Below are positions 31,301 through 46,900 of a DNA stretch of 64,000 bases, piece after piece. The DNA comes from the human T2T-CHM13v2.0 reference genome, Homo sapiens, in the NCBI RefSeq assembly GCF_009914755.1, contig NC_060937.1; one strand, given 5' to 3'. Below the pieces are notes generated by a model. It was not told where the DNA came from. It saw only the letters and a program-made list of their open reading frames with translations, and did not search any database. The stretch's first letter is position 1, and each line of letters starts with the position of its first letter. Position numbers and translations under genes: made by a program.

Positions 31301-34300
31301 TAAAATATCAAAGTACACCAAATATATATTCTATAGTGTACATAAAATATCAAAGTACCCAAACTATATATTATATACTGTACATAAAATATGAAATTAC
31401 ATCAAATATATATTATATTAGGTACATTAAATATGAAAGTACATCAAATATAAATTATATACAGTACATAAAATACCAAAGTACCCCAAATATATATTAT
31501 ATACTGTACATGCAATATCAAAGTTCACAAACTATATATCATATACTGTACATAAAATATCAAAGTACCGAAGGTATATATTCTATACTGTACAAAAAAT
31601 ATCAAAGTACGCAAAGCATGTATTATATACTGTACATAAAATATGAAAGTACATCAAATATATATTTTATTCTGTACATAAAATATCAAAGTACACCAAA
31701 TATATATTCTATAGTGTACATAAAATATCAAAGTACCCAAACTATACATTACATACTGTACATAAAATATGAAACTACATCAAATATATATTATAATAGG
31801 TACATAAAATATGAAAGTACATCAAATATAAATTATATACTGTACATAAAATACCAAAGAACACCAAATATATATTATATACTGTACATGAAATATCAAA
31901 GTTCACAAACTATATATTATATACTGTATATAAAATATCAAAGTACCCAAGGTATATATTCTGTACTCTATAAAAAATATCAAAGTACCCAAAGCATGTA
32001 TTATATACTGTTCATAAAATATGAAAGTACATCAAATATATATTTTATTCTGTACATAAAATATCAAAGTACACCAAATATATATTCTATAGTGTACATT
32101 AAATATCAAAGTACCCAAACTATACATTATATACTGTACATAAAATATGAAATTACATCAAATATATATTACATTAGGTACATAAAATATGAAAGTACAT
32201 CAAATATAGATTATATACTGTACATAAAATACCAAAGTACCCCAAATACATATTATATACTGTACATGCAATATCAAAGTTCACAAACTATATATTATAT
32301 ACTGTACATAAAATATCAAAGCACCCAAGGTATATATTCTATACTGTACAAAAAATATAAAAGTACCCAAAACATGTATTATATACTGTACATAAAATAT
32401 GAAAGTACATCAAATATATATTTTATTCTGTACATAAAATATCAAAGTACACCAAATATATATTCTATAGTGTACATAAAATATCAAAGTACCCAAACTA
32501 TACATTATATACTGTACATAAAATATGAAATTACATCAAATATATATTATAATAGGTACATAAAATATGAAAGTACATCAAATATAAATTATGTACTGTA
32601 CATAAAATACCAAAGAACCCCAAATATATATTATATACTGTACATGAAATATCAAAGTTCACAAACTATATATTATATACTGTATATAAAATATCAAAGT
32701 ACCCAAGGTATATATTCTATACTGTACAAAAAATATCAAAGTACCCAAAGCATGTATTATATACTGTTCATAAAATATGAAAGTACATCAAATATATATT
32801 TTATTCTGTACATAAAATATCAAAGTACACCAAATATATATTCTATAGTGTACATTAAATATCAAAGTACCCAAACTATACATTGTATACTGTACATAAA
32901 ATATGAAATTACATCAAATATATATTATATTAGGTACATAAAGTATGAAAGTACATCAAATATAGATTATATACTGTACATAAAATACCAAAGTACCCCA
33001 AATACATATTATATACTGTACATGAAATATCAAAGTTCACAAACTATATATTATATACTGTACATAAAATATCAAAGTACCGAAGGTATATATTCTATAC
33101 TGTACAAAAAATATCAAAGTACCCAAAGCATGTATTATATACTGTACATAAAATATGAAAGTACATCAAATATATATTTTATTTTGTACATAAAATATCA
33201 GTATACCAAATATATATTCTATAGTGTACTTAAAATATCAAAGTACCCAAACTGTACACTACATACTGTACATAAAATATGAAATTACATCAAATATATA
33301 TTATATTAGGTACATAAAATATGAAAGTACATCAACTATAAATTATATACTGTACATAAAATACCAAAGTACCCCAAATATATATTATATACTGTACATA
33401 AAATATCAAAGTACCGAAAGTATATATTCTATACTGTACAAAAAATATCAAAGTACCCAAAGCATGTATTATATACTGTACATAAATTATGAAAGTACAT
33501 CAAATATATATTTTATTCTGTACATAAAATATCAAAGTACACCAAATATATATTCTATAGTGTACATTAAATATCAAAGTACCCAAACTATACATTATAT
33601 ACTGTACATAAAATATGAAATTACATCAAATATATATTATATTAGGTACATAAAATATGAAAGTACATCAAATATATATTATATACTCTACATAAAATAC
33701 CAAAGTACCCCAAATACATATTATATACTGTACATGCAATATCAAAGTTCACACACTATATATTATATACTGTACATAAAATATCAAAGTACCGAAGCTA
33801 TATATTCTATACTGTACAAAAAATATCAAAGTACCCAAAGCATGTATTATATACTGTACATAAAATATGAAAGTACATCAAATATATATTTAATTCTGTA
33901 CATAAAATATCAAAGTACACCAAATATATATTCTATAGTGTACATAAAATAAGAAAGTACCCAAACTATACATTATATACTGTACATAAAATATGAAATT
34001 ATATCAAATATATATTACATTAGGTAAATAAAATATGAAAGTACATCAAATATAGATTATATACTGTACATAAAATACCAAAGTACCCCAAATACATATT
34101 ATATACTGTACATGCAATATCAAAGTTCACAAACTATATATTATATACTGTACATAAAATATCAAAGCACCCAAGGTATATATTCTATACTGTACAAAAA
34201 ATATAAAAGTACCCAAAACATGTATTATATACTGTACATAAAATATGAAAGTACATCAAATATATATTTTATTCTGTACATAAAATATCAAAGTACACCA

Positions 34301-37300
34301 AATATATATTCTATAGTGTACATAAAATATCAAAGTACCCAAACTATACATTATATACTGTACATAAAATATGAAATTACATCAAATATATATTATAATA
34401 GGTACATAAAATATGAAAGTACATCAAATATAAATTATGTACTGTACATAAAATACCAAAGAACCCCAAATATATATTATATACTGTACATGAAATATCA
34501 AAGTTCACAAACTATATATTATATACTGTATATAAAATATCAAAGTACCCAAGGTATATATTCTATACTGTACAAAAAATATCAAAGTACCCAAAGCATG
34601 TATTATATACTGTACATAAAATATGAAAGTACATCAAATATATATTTTATTTTGTACATAAAATATCAGTATACCAAATATATATTCTATAGTGTACTTA
34701 AAATATCAAAGTACCCAAACTGTACACTACATACTGTACATAAAATATGAAATTACATCAAATATATATTATATTAGGTACATAAAATATGAAAGTACAT
34801 CAACTATAATTTATATACTGTACATAAAATACCAAAGTACCCCAAATATATATTATATACTGTACATAAAATATCAAAGTACTGAAAGTATATAGTCTAT
34901 ACTGTACAAAAAATATCAAAGTACCCAAAGCATGTATTATATACTGTACATAAATTATGAAAGTACATCAAATATATATTTTATTCTGTACATAAAATAT
35001 CAAAGTACACCAAATATATACTCTATAGTGTACATAAAATATCAAAGTACCCAAACTATACATTATATACTGTACATAAAATATGAAATTACATCAAATA
35101 TATATTATAATAGGTACATAAAATATGAAAGTACATCAAATATAAATTATATACTGTACATAAAATACCAAAGAACCCCAAATATATATTATATACTGTA
35201 CATGAAATATCAAAGTTCACAAACTATATATTATATACTGTATATAAAATATCAAAGTACCCAAGGTATATATTCTATACTGTACAAAAAATATCAAAGT
35301 ACCCAAAGCATGTATTATATACTGTTCATAAAATATGAAAGTATATCAAATATATATTTTATTCTGTACATAAAATATCAAAGTACGCCAAATATATATT
35401 CTATAGTGTACATTAAATATCAATGTATCCAAACTATACATTATATACTGTACATAATATATGAAATTACATCAAATATATATTATATTAGGTACATAAA
35501 ATATGAAAGTACATCAAATATAGATTATATACTCTACATAAAATACCAAAGTACCCCAAATACATATTATATACTGTACATGAAATATCAAAGTTCACAA
35601 ACTATATATTATATACTGTACATAAAATATCAAAGTACCAAAAGTATATATTCTATACTGTACAAAAAATATCAAAGTACCCAAAGCATGTATTATATAC
35701 TGTACATAAAATATGAATGTACATCAAATATATATTTTATTCTGTACATAAAATATCAAAGTACACCAAATATATATTCTATAGTGTACATAAAATATCA
35801 AAGTACCCAAACTATACATTATATACTGCACATAAAATATGAAATTACATCAAATATATATTATATTAGGTACATAAAATATGAAAGTACATCAAATATA
35901 TATTATATACTCTACATAAAATACCAAAGTACCCCAAATACATATTATATACTGTACATGCAATATCAAAGTTCACACACTATATATTATATACTGTACA
36001 TAAAATATCAAAGTACCGAAGCTATATATTCTATACTGTACAAAAAATATCAAAGTACCCAAAGCATGTATCATATACTGTACATAAAATATGAAAGTAC
36101 ATCAAATATATATTTAATTCTGTACATAAAATATCAAAGTACACCAAATATATATTCTATAGTGTACATAAAATATCAAAGTACCCAAACTATACATTAT
36201 ATACTGTACATAAAATATGAAATTACATCAAATATATATTACATTAGGTACATAAAATATGAAAGTACATCAAATATAGATTATATACTGTACATAAAAT
36301 ACCAAAGTACCCCAAATACATATTATATACTGTACATGCAATATCAAAGTTCACAAACTATATATTATATACTGTAAATAAAATATCAAAGTACCCATGG
36401 TATATATTCTATACTCTACAAAAAATATCAAACTACGCAAACCATGTATTATATACTGTACATAAAATATGAAAGTACATCAAATATATATTTTATTCTG
36501 TACATAATATATCAAAGTACACCAAATATATATTCTATAGTGTACATAAAATATCAAAGTACCCAAACTATACATTATATCCTGTACATAAAATATGAAA
36601 TTACATCAAATATATATTATAATAGGTACATAAAATATGAAAGTACATCAAATATAAATTATATACTGTACATAAAATACCAAAGAACCCCAAATATATA
36701 TTATATACTGTACATGAAATATCAAAGTTCACAAACTATATATTATATACTGTATATAAAATATCAAAGTACCCAAGGTATATATTCTATACTGTACAAA
36801 AAATATCAAAGTACCCAAAGCATGTTTTATATACTGTTCATAAAATATGAAAGTACATCAAATATATATTTTATTCTGTACATAAAATATCAAAGTACAC
36901 CAAATATATATTCTATAGTGTACATTAAATATCAAAGTACCCAAACTATACATTATATACTGTACATAAAATATGAAATTACATCAAATATATATTATAT
37001 TAGGTACATAAAATATGAAAGTACATCAAATATAGATTATATACTGTACATAAAATACCAAAGTACCCCAAATACATATTATATACTGTACATGAAATAT
37101 CAAAGTTCACAAACTATATATTATATACTGTACATAAAATATCAAAGTACCAAAAGTATATATTCTATACTGTACAAAAAATATCAAAGTACCCAAAGCA
37201 TGTATTACATACTGTACATAAAATATGAAAGTACATCAAATATATATTTTATTCTGTACATAAAATATCAAAGTACACCAAATATATATTCTATAGTGTA

Positions 37301-38430
37301 CATAAAATATCAAAGTACCCAAAATATACATTATATACTGTACATAAAATATGATATTACATCAAATATATATTATATTAGGTACATAAAATATGAAAGT
37401 GCATCAAATATATATTATATACTCTACATAAAATACCAAAGTACCCCAAATACATATTATATACTGTACATGCAATATCAAAGTTCACACACTATATATT
37501 ATATACTGTACATAAAATATCAAAGTACCGAAGCTATATATTCTATACTGTACAAAAAATATCAAAGTACCCAAAGCATGTATTATATACTGTACATAAA
37601 ATATGAAAGTACATCAAATATATATTTAATTCTGTACATAAAATATCAAAGTACACCAAATATATATTCTATAGTGTACATAAAATATCAAATTACCCAA
37701 ACTATACATTATATACTGTACATAAAACATGAAATTACATCAAATATATATTATATTAGGTACATAAAATATGAAGGTACATCAAATATAGATTATATAC
37801 TGTACATAAAATACCAAAGTACCGCAAATATATATTATATACTGTACATGAAATATCAAAGTTCACAAACTATATATTATATACTGTATATAAAATATCA
37901 AAGTACCCAAGGTATATATTCTATACTGTACAAAAAATATCAAAGTACCCAAAGCATGTATTATATACTGTTCATAAAATATGAAAGTACATCAAATATA
38001 TGTTTTATTCTGTACATAAAATATCAAAGTACACCAAATATATATTCTATAGTGTACATTAAATATCAAAGTACCCAAACTATACATTATATACTGTACA
38101 TAAAATATGAAATTACATCAAATATATATTATATTAGGTACATAAAATATGAAAGTACATCAAATATAGATTATATACTGTACATAAAATATCAAAGTAC
38201 CCCAAGTACATATTATATACTGTACATGAAATATCAAAGTTCAGAAACTATATATTATATACTGTACATAAAATATCAAAGTACCCAAGGTATATATTCT
38301 ATACTGTACAAAAAATATCAAAGTACCCAAAGCAAGTATTATATACTGTACATAAAATATGAAAGTACATCAAATATATATTTTATTCTGTACATAAAGT
38401 ATCAAAGTACACCAAATATATATTCTATAG
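19350..38430. repeat. Large near-identical duplication: ~19350-25615 copied at ~29467-35732 (offset 10,117), continuing as ~25615-27930 at ~36110-38425 (offset 10,495)
   Basis: Identical ORFs at 19896/30013, 20085/30202, 21219/31336, 23107/33224, 23995/34112 and 24575/34692. The pair 24815/34932 differs by one extra HOR. 25949/36444 are offset by 10,495 = 10,117 + 378. Confidence 0.92.
25700..29490. repeat. 2268-bp-offset (6 x 378) internal duplication
   Basis: ORF ends 25882/28150 and ORF starts 25949/28217 are offset 2268. Shared variants 'caaactacgc', 'tatatcctg', 'gcatgtttt', 'atgatattac' and 'aagtgcatc'. Confidence 0.88.
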
Positions 38431-40940
38431 TGAACATAAAATATCAAGTACCCAAACTATACATTATATACTATACATAAAATATGAAATTACATCAAAT
38501 ATATATTATATTAGGTACTTAAAATATGAAAGTACATCAAGTATAAATTATATACTGTACATAAAATACCAAAGTACCCCAAATATATATTATATACTGT
38601 ACATGCAATATCAAAGTTCACAAACTATATATCATATACTGTACATAAAATATCAAAGTACCGAAAGTATATATTCTATAGTGTACAAAAAATATGAAAG
38701 TACGCAAAGCATGTTTTATATACTGTACATAAAATATGAAAGTACATCAAATATATATTTTATTCTGTACATAAAACATCAAAGTACACCAAATATATAT
38801 TCTATAGTGTACATAAAATATCAAAGTACCCAAACTATACATTATATACAGTACATAAAATATGAAATTACATCAAATATATATTATAATAGGTACATAA
38901 AATATGAAAGTATATCAAATATAAATTATATACTGTACATAAAATACCAAAGAACCCCAAATATATATTATATACTGTACATGAAATATCAAAGTTCACA
39001 AACTATATATTATATACTGTATATAAAATATCAAAGTACCCAAGGTATATATTCTATACTGTACAAAAAATATCAAAGTACCCAAAGCATGTATTATATA
39101 CTGTTCATAAAATATGAAAGTACATCAAATATATATTTTATTCTGTACATAAAATATCAAAGTACACCAAATATATATTCTATAGTGTACATAAAATATC
39201 AAAGTACCCAAACTATACATTATATACTGTACATAAAACTTGAAATTACATCCAATATATATTATGTTAGGTACATAAAATATGAAAGTACATCAAATAT
39301 AAATTATATACTGTACATAAAATATCAAGGTACCTCAAATATATAGTATATACTGTACATGAAATATCAAAGTTCACAAACTATATATTATATACTGTAC
39401 ATAAAATAGCAAAGTACCCAAGGTATATATTCTATACTGTACAAAAAAAAAAAGTACCCAAAACATGTATTATATACTGTACATAAAATATGAAAGTACA
39501 TCAAATATATATTTTATTCTGTACATAAAATATCAAAGTACACCAAATATATATTCTATAGTGTACATAAAATATCAAAGTACCCAAACTATACATTATA
39601 TACAGTACATAAAATATGAAATTACATCAAATATATATTACATTAGGTACATAAAATATGAAAGTACATCAAATATAGATTATATACTGTACATAAAATA
39701 TCAAAGTACCCCAAATATATATTATATACTGTACATGAAATATCAAAGTTCACAAACTATAAATTATATACTGTACATAAAATATCAAAGTACCGAAGGT
39801 ATATATTCTATACTGTACAAAAAATATGAAAGTACCCAAAGCATGTATCATATACTGTACATAAAATATGAAACTACATCAAATATATATTTTATACTGT
39901 ACATAAAATATCAAAGTACACTAAATATATATTCTATAGTGTACGTAAAATATCAAAGTACCCAAACTATACATTATATACTGTACATAAAATATGAAAT
40001 TACATCAAATATATATTATATTAGGTACATAAAATATGAAAGTACATCAAATATAGATTATATACTGTACATAAAATACCAAAGTAACCCAAGTACATAT
40101 TATATACTGTACATGAAATATCAAAGTTCACAAACTATATATTATATACTGTACATAAAATATCAAAGTACCCAAGGTATATATTCTATACTGTACAAAA
40201 AATATCAAAGTACCCAAACATGTATTATCTACTGTACATGAAATATGAAAGTACATCAAATATATATTTTATTCTGTACATAAAATATCAAAGTACACCA
40301 AATATATATTCTATATTGTACATAAAATATCAAAGTACCCAAACTATACATTATATACTGTACATAAAATATGAAATTACATCAAATATATATTACATTA
40401 GGTACATAAAATATGAAAGTACATCAAATATAGATTATATACTGTACATAAAATAACAAAGTACCCCAAATAAATATTTTATACTGTACATGAATTATCA
40501 AAGTTCACAAACTATATATTATATACTCTACATAAAATATCAAAGTACCCAAGGTATATATTCTATACTGTACAAAAAATATCAAAGTACCCAAAGCATG
40601 TATTATATACTGTACATAAAATATGAAAGTACATCAAATATATATTTTATACTGTACATAAAATATCAAAGTACACTAAATATATATTCTATAGTGTACA
40701 TAAAATATCAAAGTACCCAAACTATACATTATATACTGTACATAAAATATGAAATTACATCAAATATATATTATATTAGGTACATAAAATATGAAAGTAC
40801 ATCAAATATAGATTATATACTGTACATAAAATACCAAAGTACCCCAAATACATATTATATACTGTACATGAAATATCAAAGTTCACAAACTATATATTAT
40901 ATACTGTACATAAAATATCAAAGTACCCAAGGTATATATT

Positions 40941-43900
40941 CCATACTGTACAAAAAATATCAAAGTACCCAAAGCATATATTATATGCTGTACATAAAAT
41001 ATGAAAGTACATCAAATATATATGTTATTCTGTACATAAAATATCAAAGTACACCAAATATATATTCTATACTGTACATAAAATATCAAGGTACCTAAAC
41101 TATACATTACATACTGTACATAAAATATGAAATTACATCAAATATATATTATATTAGGTACATAAAATATGAAAGTACATCAAATATAGATTCTATACTG
41201 TACATAAAATATCAAAGTACCCAAATATATATCAGATACTGTACATGAAATATCAAAGTTCACAAACTATATATTATATACTGTACATAAAATATCAAAG
41301 TACCCAAACTATACATTATATACTGTACATAAAATATGAAATTACATCAAATATATATTATATTAGGTATGTAAAATATGAAAGTACATCAAATATAGAT
41401 TATATACTGTACATAAAATACCAAAGTACCCCAAATATATATTTTATGCTGTACATGAAATATCAAAGTTCTCAAACTATATATTATATACTGCACATAA
41501 AATATCAAAGTACCCAAGCTATATATTCCATACTGTACAAAAAATATCAAAGTACCCAAAGCATATATTATATGCTGTCCATAAAATATGAAAGTATATC
41601 AAATATATATTTTATTCTGTACATAAAATATCAAAGTACACCAAATATATATTCTATACTATACATAAAATATCAAGGTACCCAAACTATACATTATATA
41701 CTGTACATAAGATATGAAATTACATCAAATATACATTATATTAGGTACATAAAATATGAAAGTACATCAAATATAGATTATATACTGTACATAAAATCTC
41801 AAAGTACCCAAATATATATCATATACTGTACATGAAATATCAAAGTTCACAAACTATATATTATATACTGTACATAAAATATCAAAGTACCCAAACTATA
41901 CATTATATACTGTACATAAAATATGAAATTACATCAAATATATATTTTATTAGGTATGTAAAATATGAAAGTACATCAAATATAGATTATATACTGTACA
42001 TAAAATACCAAAGTACCACAAATATATATTTTATACTGTACATGAAATATCAAAGTTCTCAAACTATATATTATATACTGCACATAAAATATCAAAGTAC
42101 CCAAGGTATATATTCCATACTGTACAAAAAATATCAAAGTACCCAAAGCATATATTATATGCTGTACATAAAATATGAAAGTACATGAAATATATATTTT
42201 ATTCTCTACATAAAATATCAAAGTACACCAAATATATATTCTATACTGTACATAAAATATCAAGGTACCCAAACTATACATTATATACTGTACATAAAAT
42301 ATGAAATTACATCAAATATATATTATATTAGGTACATAAAATATGAAAGTACATCAAATATAGATTATATACTGTACAAAAAATATCAAAGTACCCAAAT
42401 ATATACCATATACTGTACATGAAATATCAAAGTTCACAAACTATATATTATATACTGTACATAAAATATCAAAGTACCCAAACTATACATTATATACTGT
42501 ACATAAAATATGAAATTACATCAAATATATATTTTATTAGGTATGTAAAATATGAAAGTACATCAAATATAGATTATATACTGTACATAAAATACCAAAG
42601 TACCCCAAATATATATTTTATACTGTACATGAAATATCAAAGTTCTCAAACTATATATTATATAGTGCACATAAAATATCAAAGTACCCAAGGTATATAT
42701 TCCATACTGTACAAAAATTATCAAAGTACCCAAAGCATATATTATATGCTGTACATAAAATATGAAAGTACATGAAATATATATTTTATTCTGTACATAA
42801 AATATCAAAGTACACCAAATATATATTCTATACTGTACATAAAATATCAAGGTACCCAAACTATACATTATATACTGTACATAAGATATGAAATTACATC
42901 AAATATATATTATATTAGGTACATAAAATATGAAAGTACATCAAATATAGATTATATACTGTACATAAAATCTCAAAGTACCCAAATATATATCATATAC
43001 TGTACATGAAATATCAAAGTTCACAAACTATATATTATATACTGTACATAAAATATCAAAGTACCCAAACTATACATTATATACTGTACATAAAATATGA
43101 AATTACATCAAATATATATTTTATTAGGTATGTAAAATATGAAAGTACATCAAATATAGATTATATACTGTACATAAAATACCAAAGTACCCCAAATATA
43201 TATTTTATACTGTACATGAAATATCAAAGTTCTCAAAGTATATATTATATAGTGCACATAAAATATCAAAGTACCCAAGGTATATATTCCATACTGTACA
43301 AAAATTATCAAAGTACCCAAAGCATATATTATATGCTGTACATAAAATATGAAAGTACATCAAATATATATTTTATTCTGTACATAAAATATCAAAGTAC
43401 ACCAAATATATATTCTATACTGTACATAAAATATCAAGGTACCCAAACTATACATTATATACTGTACATAAGATATGAAATTACATCAAATATATATTAT
43501 ATTAGGTACATAAAATATGAAAGTACATCAAATATAGATTATATACTGTACATAAAATATCAAAGTACCCAAATATATATCATATACTGTACATGAAATA
43601 TCAAAGTTCACAAACTATATATTATATACTGTACATAAAATATCAAAGTACCCAAACTATACATTATATACTGTACATAAAATATGAAATTACATCAAAT
43701 ATATATTATATTAGGTATGTAAAATATGAAAGTACATCAAATATAGATTATATACTGTACATAAAATACCAAAGTACCCCAAATATATATTTTATACTGT
43801 ACATGAAATATCAAAGTTCTCAAACTATATATTATATACTGCACATAAAATATCAAAGTACCCAAGGTATATATTCCATACTGTACAAAAAATATCAAAG

Positions 43901-46900
43901 TACCCAAAGCATATATTATATGCTGTACATAAAATATGAAAGTACATCAAATATATATTTTATTCTGTATATAAAATATCAAAGTACACCAAATATATAT
44001 TCTATACTGTACATAAAATATCAAGGTACCCAAACTATACATTATATACTGTACATAAAATATGAAATTACATCAAATATATATTATATTAGGTACATAA
44101 AATATGAAAGTACATCAAATATAGATTATATACTGTACATAAAATATCAAAGTACCCAAATATATATCATATACTGTACATGAAATATCAAAGTTCACAA
44201 ACTATATATTATATACTGTACATAAAATATCAAAGTACCCAAACTATACATTATATACTGTACATAAAATATGAAATTTCATCAAATATATATTTTATTA
44301 GGTATGTAAAATATGAAAGTACATCAAATATAGATTATATACTGTACATAAAATACCAAAGTACCCCAAATATATATTTTATACTGTACATGAAATATCA
44401 AAGTTCTCAAACTATATATTATATAGTGCACATAAAATATCAAAGTACCCAAGGTATATATTCCATACTGTACAAAAATTATCAAAGTACCCAAAGCATA
44501 TATTATATGCTGTACATAAAATATGAAAGTACATGAAATATATATTTTATTCTGTACATAAAATATCAAAGTACACCAAATATATATTCTATACTGTACA
44601 TAAAATATCAAGGTACCCAAACTATACATTATATACTGTACATAAAATATGAAATTACATCAAATATATATTATATTAGGTACATAAAATATGAAAGTAC
44701 ATCAAATATAGATTATATACTGTACATAAAATATCAAAGTACCCAAATATATATCATATACTGTACATGAAATATCAAAGTTCACAAACTATATATTATA
44801 TACTGTACATAAAATATCAAAGTACCCAAACTATACATTATATACTGTACATAAAATATGAAATTACATCAAATATATATTTTATTAGGTATGTAAAATA
44901 TGAAAGTACATCAAATATAGATTATATACTGTACATAAAATACCAAAGTACCCCAAATATATATTTTATACTGTACATGAAATATCAAAGTTCTCAAAGT
45001 ATATATTATATAGTGCACATAAAATATCAAAGTACCCAAGGTATATATTCCATACTGTACAAAAATTATCAAAGTACCCAAAGCATATATTATATGCTGT
45101 ACATAAAATATGAAAGTACATCAAATATATATTTTATTCTGTACATAAAATATCAAAGTATACCAAATATATATTCTATACTGTACATAAAATATCAAGG
45201 TACCCAAACTATACATTATATACTGTACATAAGATATGAAATTACATCAAATATATATTATATTAGGTACATAAAATATGAAAGTACATCAAATATAGAT
45301 TATATACTGTACATAAAATATCAAAGTACCCAAATATATATCATATACTGTACATGAAATATCAAAGTTCACAAACTATATATTATATACTGTACATAAA
45401 ATATCAAAGTACCCAAACTATACATTATATACTGTACATAAAATATGAAATTTCATCAAATATATATTTTATTAGGTATGTAAAATATGAAAGTACATCA
45501 AATATAGATTATATACTGTACATAAAATACCAAAGTACCCCAAATATATATTTTATACTGTACATGAAATATCAAAGTTCTCAAACTATATATTATATAG
45601 TGCACATAAAATATCAAAGTACCCAAGGTATATATTCCATACTGTACAAAAATTATCAAAGTACCCAAAGCATATATTATATGCTGTACATAAAATATGA
45701 AAGTACATCAAATATATATTTTATTCTGTACATAAAATATCAAAGTACACCAAATATATATTCTATACTGTACATAAAATATCAAGGTACCCAAACTATA
45801 CATTATATACTGTACATAAGATATGAAATTACATCAAATATATATTATATTAGGTACATAAAATATGAAAGTACATCAAATATAGATTATATACTGTACA
45901 TAAAATATCAAAGTACCCAAATATATATCATATACTGTACATGAAATATCAAAGTTCACAAACTATATATTATATACTGTACATAAAATATCAAAGTACC
46001 CAAACTATACATTATATACTGTACATAAAATATGAAATTACATCAAATATATATTATATTAGGTATGTAAAATATGAAAGTACATCAAATATAGATTATA
46101 TACTGTACATAAAATACCAAAGTACCCCAAATATATATTTTATACTGTACATGAAATATCAAAGTTCTCAAACTATATATTATATACTGCACATAAAATA
46201 TCAAAGTACCCAAGGTATATATTCCATACTGTACAAAAAATATCAAAGTACCCAAAGCATATATTATATGCTGTACATAAAATATGAAAGTACATGAAAT
46301 ATATATTTTATTCTGTACATAAAATATCAAAGTACACCAAATATATATTCTATACTGTACATAAAATATCAACGTACCCAAACTATACATTATATACTGT
46401 ACATAAAATATGAAATTACATCAAATATATATTATATTAGGTACATAAAATATGAAAGTACATCAAATATAGATTATATACTGTACATAAAATCTCAAAG
46501 TACCCAAATATATATCATATACTGTACATGAAATATCAAAGTTCACAAACTATATATTATATACTGTACATAAAATATCAAAGTACCCAAACTATACATT
46601 ATATACTGTACATAAAATATGAAATTACATCAAATATATATTTTATTAGGTATGTAAAATATGAAAGTACATCAAATATAGATTATATACTGTACATAAA
46701 ATACCAAAGTACCCCAAATATATATTTTATGCTGTACATGAAATATCAAAGTTCTCAAAGTATATATTATATAGTGCACATAAAATATCAAAGTACCCAA
46801 GGTATATATTCCATACTGTACAAAAATTATCAAAGTACCCAAAGCATATATTATATGCTGTACATAAAATATGAAAGTACATCAAATATATATTTTATTC

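Larger units (their letters stand above)
1..40940. repeat. Canonical 378-bp 9-mer HOR domain (~108 units)
   Basis: Nine distinguishable monomers in fixed order, labelled by conceptual translation: m1 QSMYYILYIKYEST, m2 SNIYFILYIKYQST, m3 PNIYSIVYIKYQST, m4 QTIHYILYIKYEIT, m5 SNIYYIRYIKYEST, m6 SNIDYILYIKYQST, m7 PNIYYILYMKYQSS, m8 QTIYYILYIKYQST, m9 QGIYSILYKKYQST. Landmarks such as 'attaggtac' and 'aagttcac' recur every 378 bp. Confidence 0.95.
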
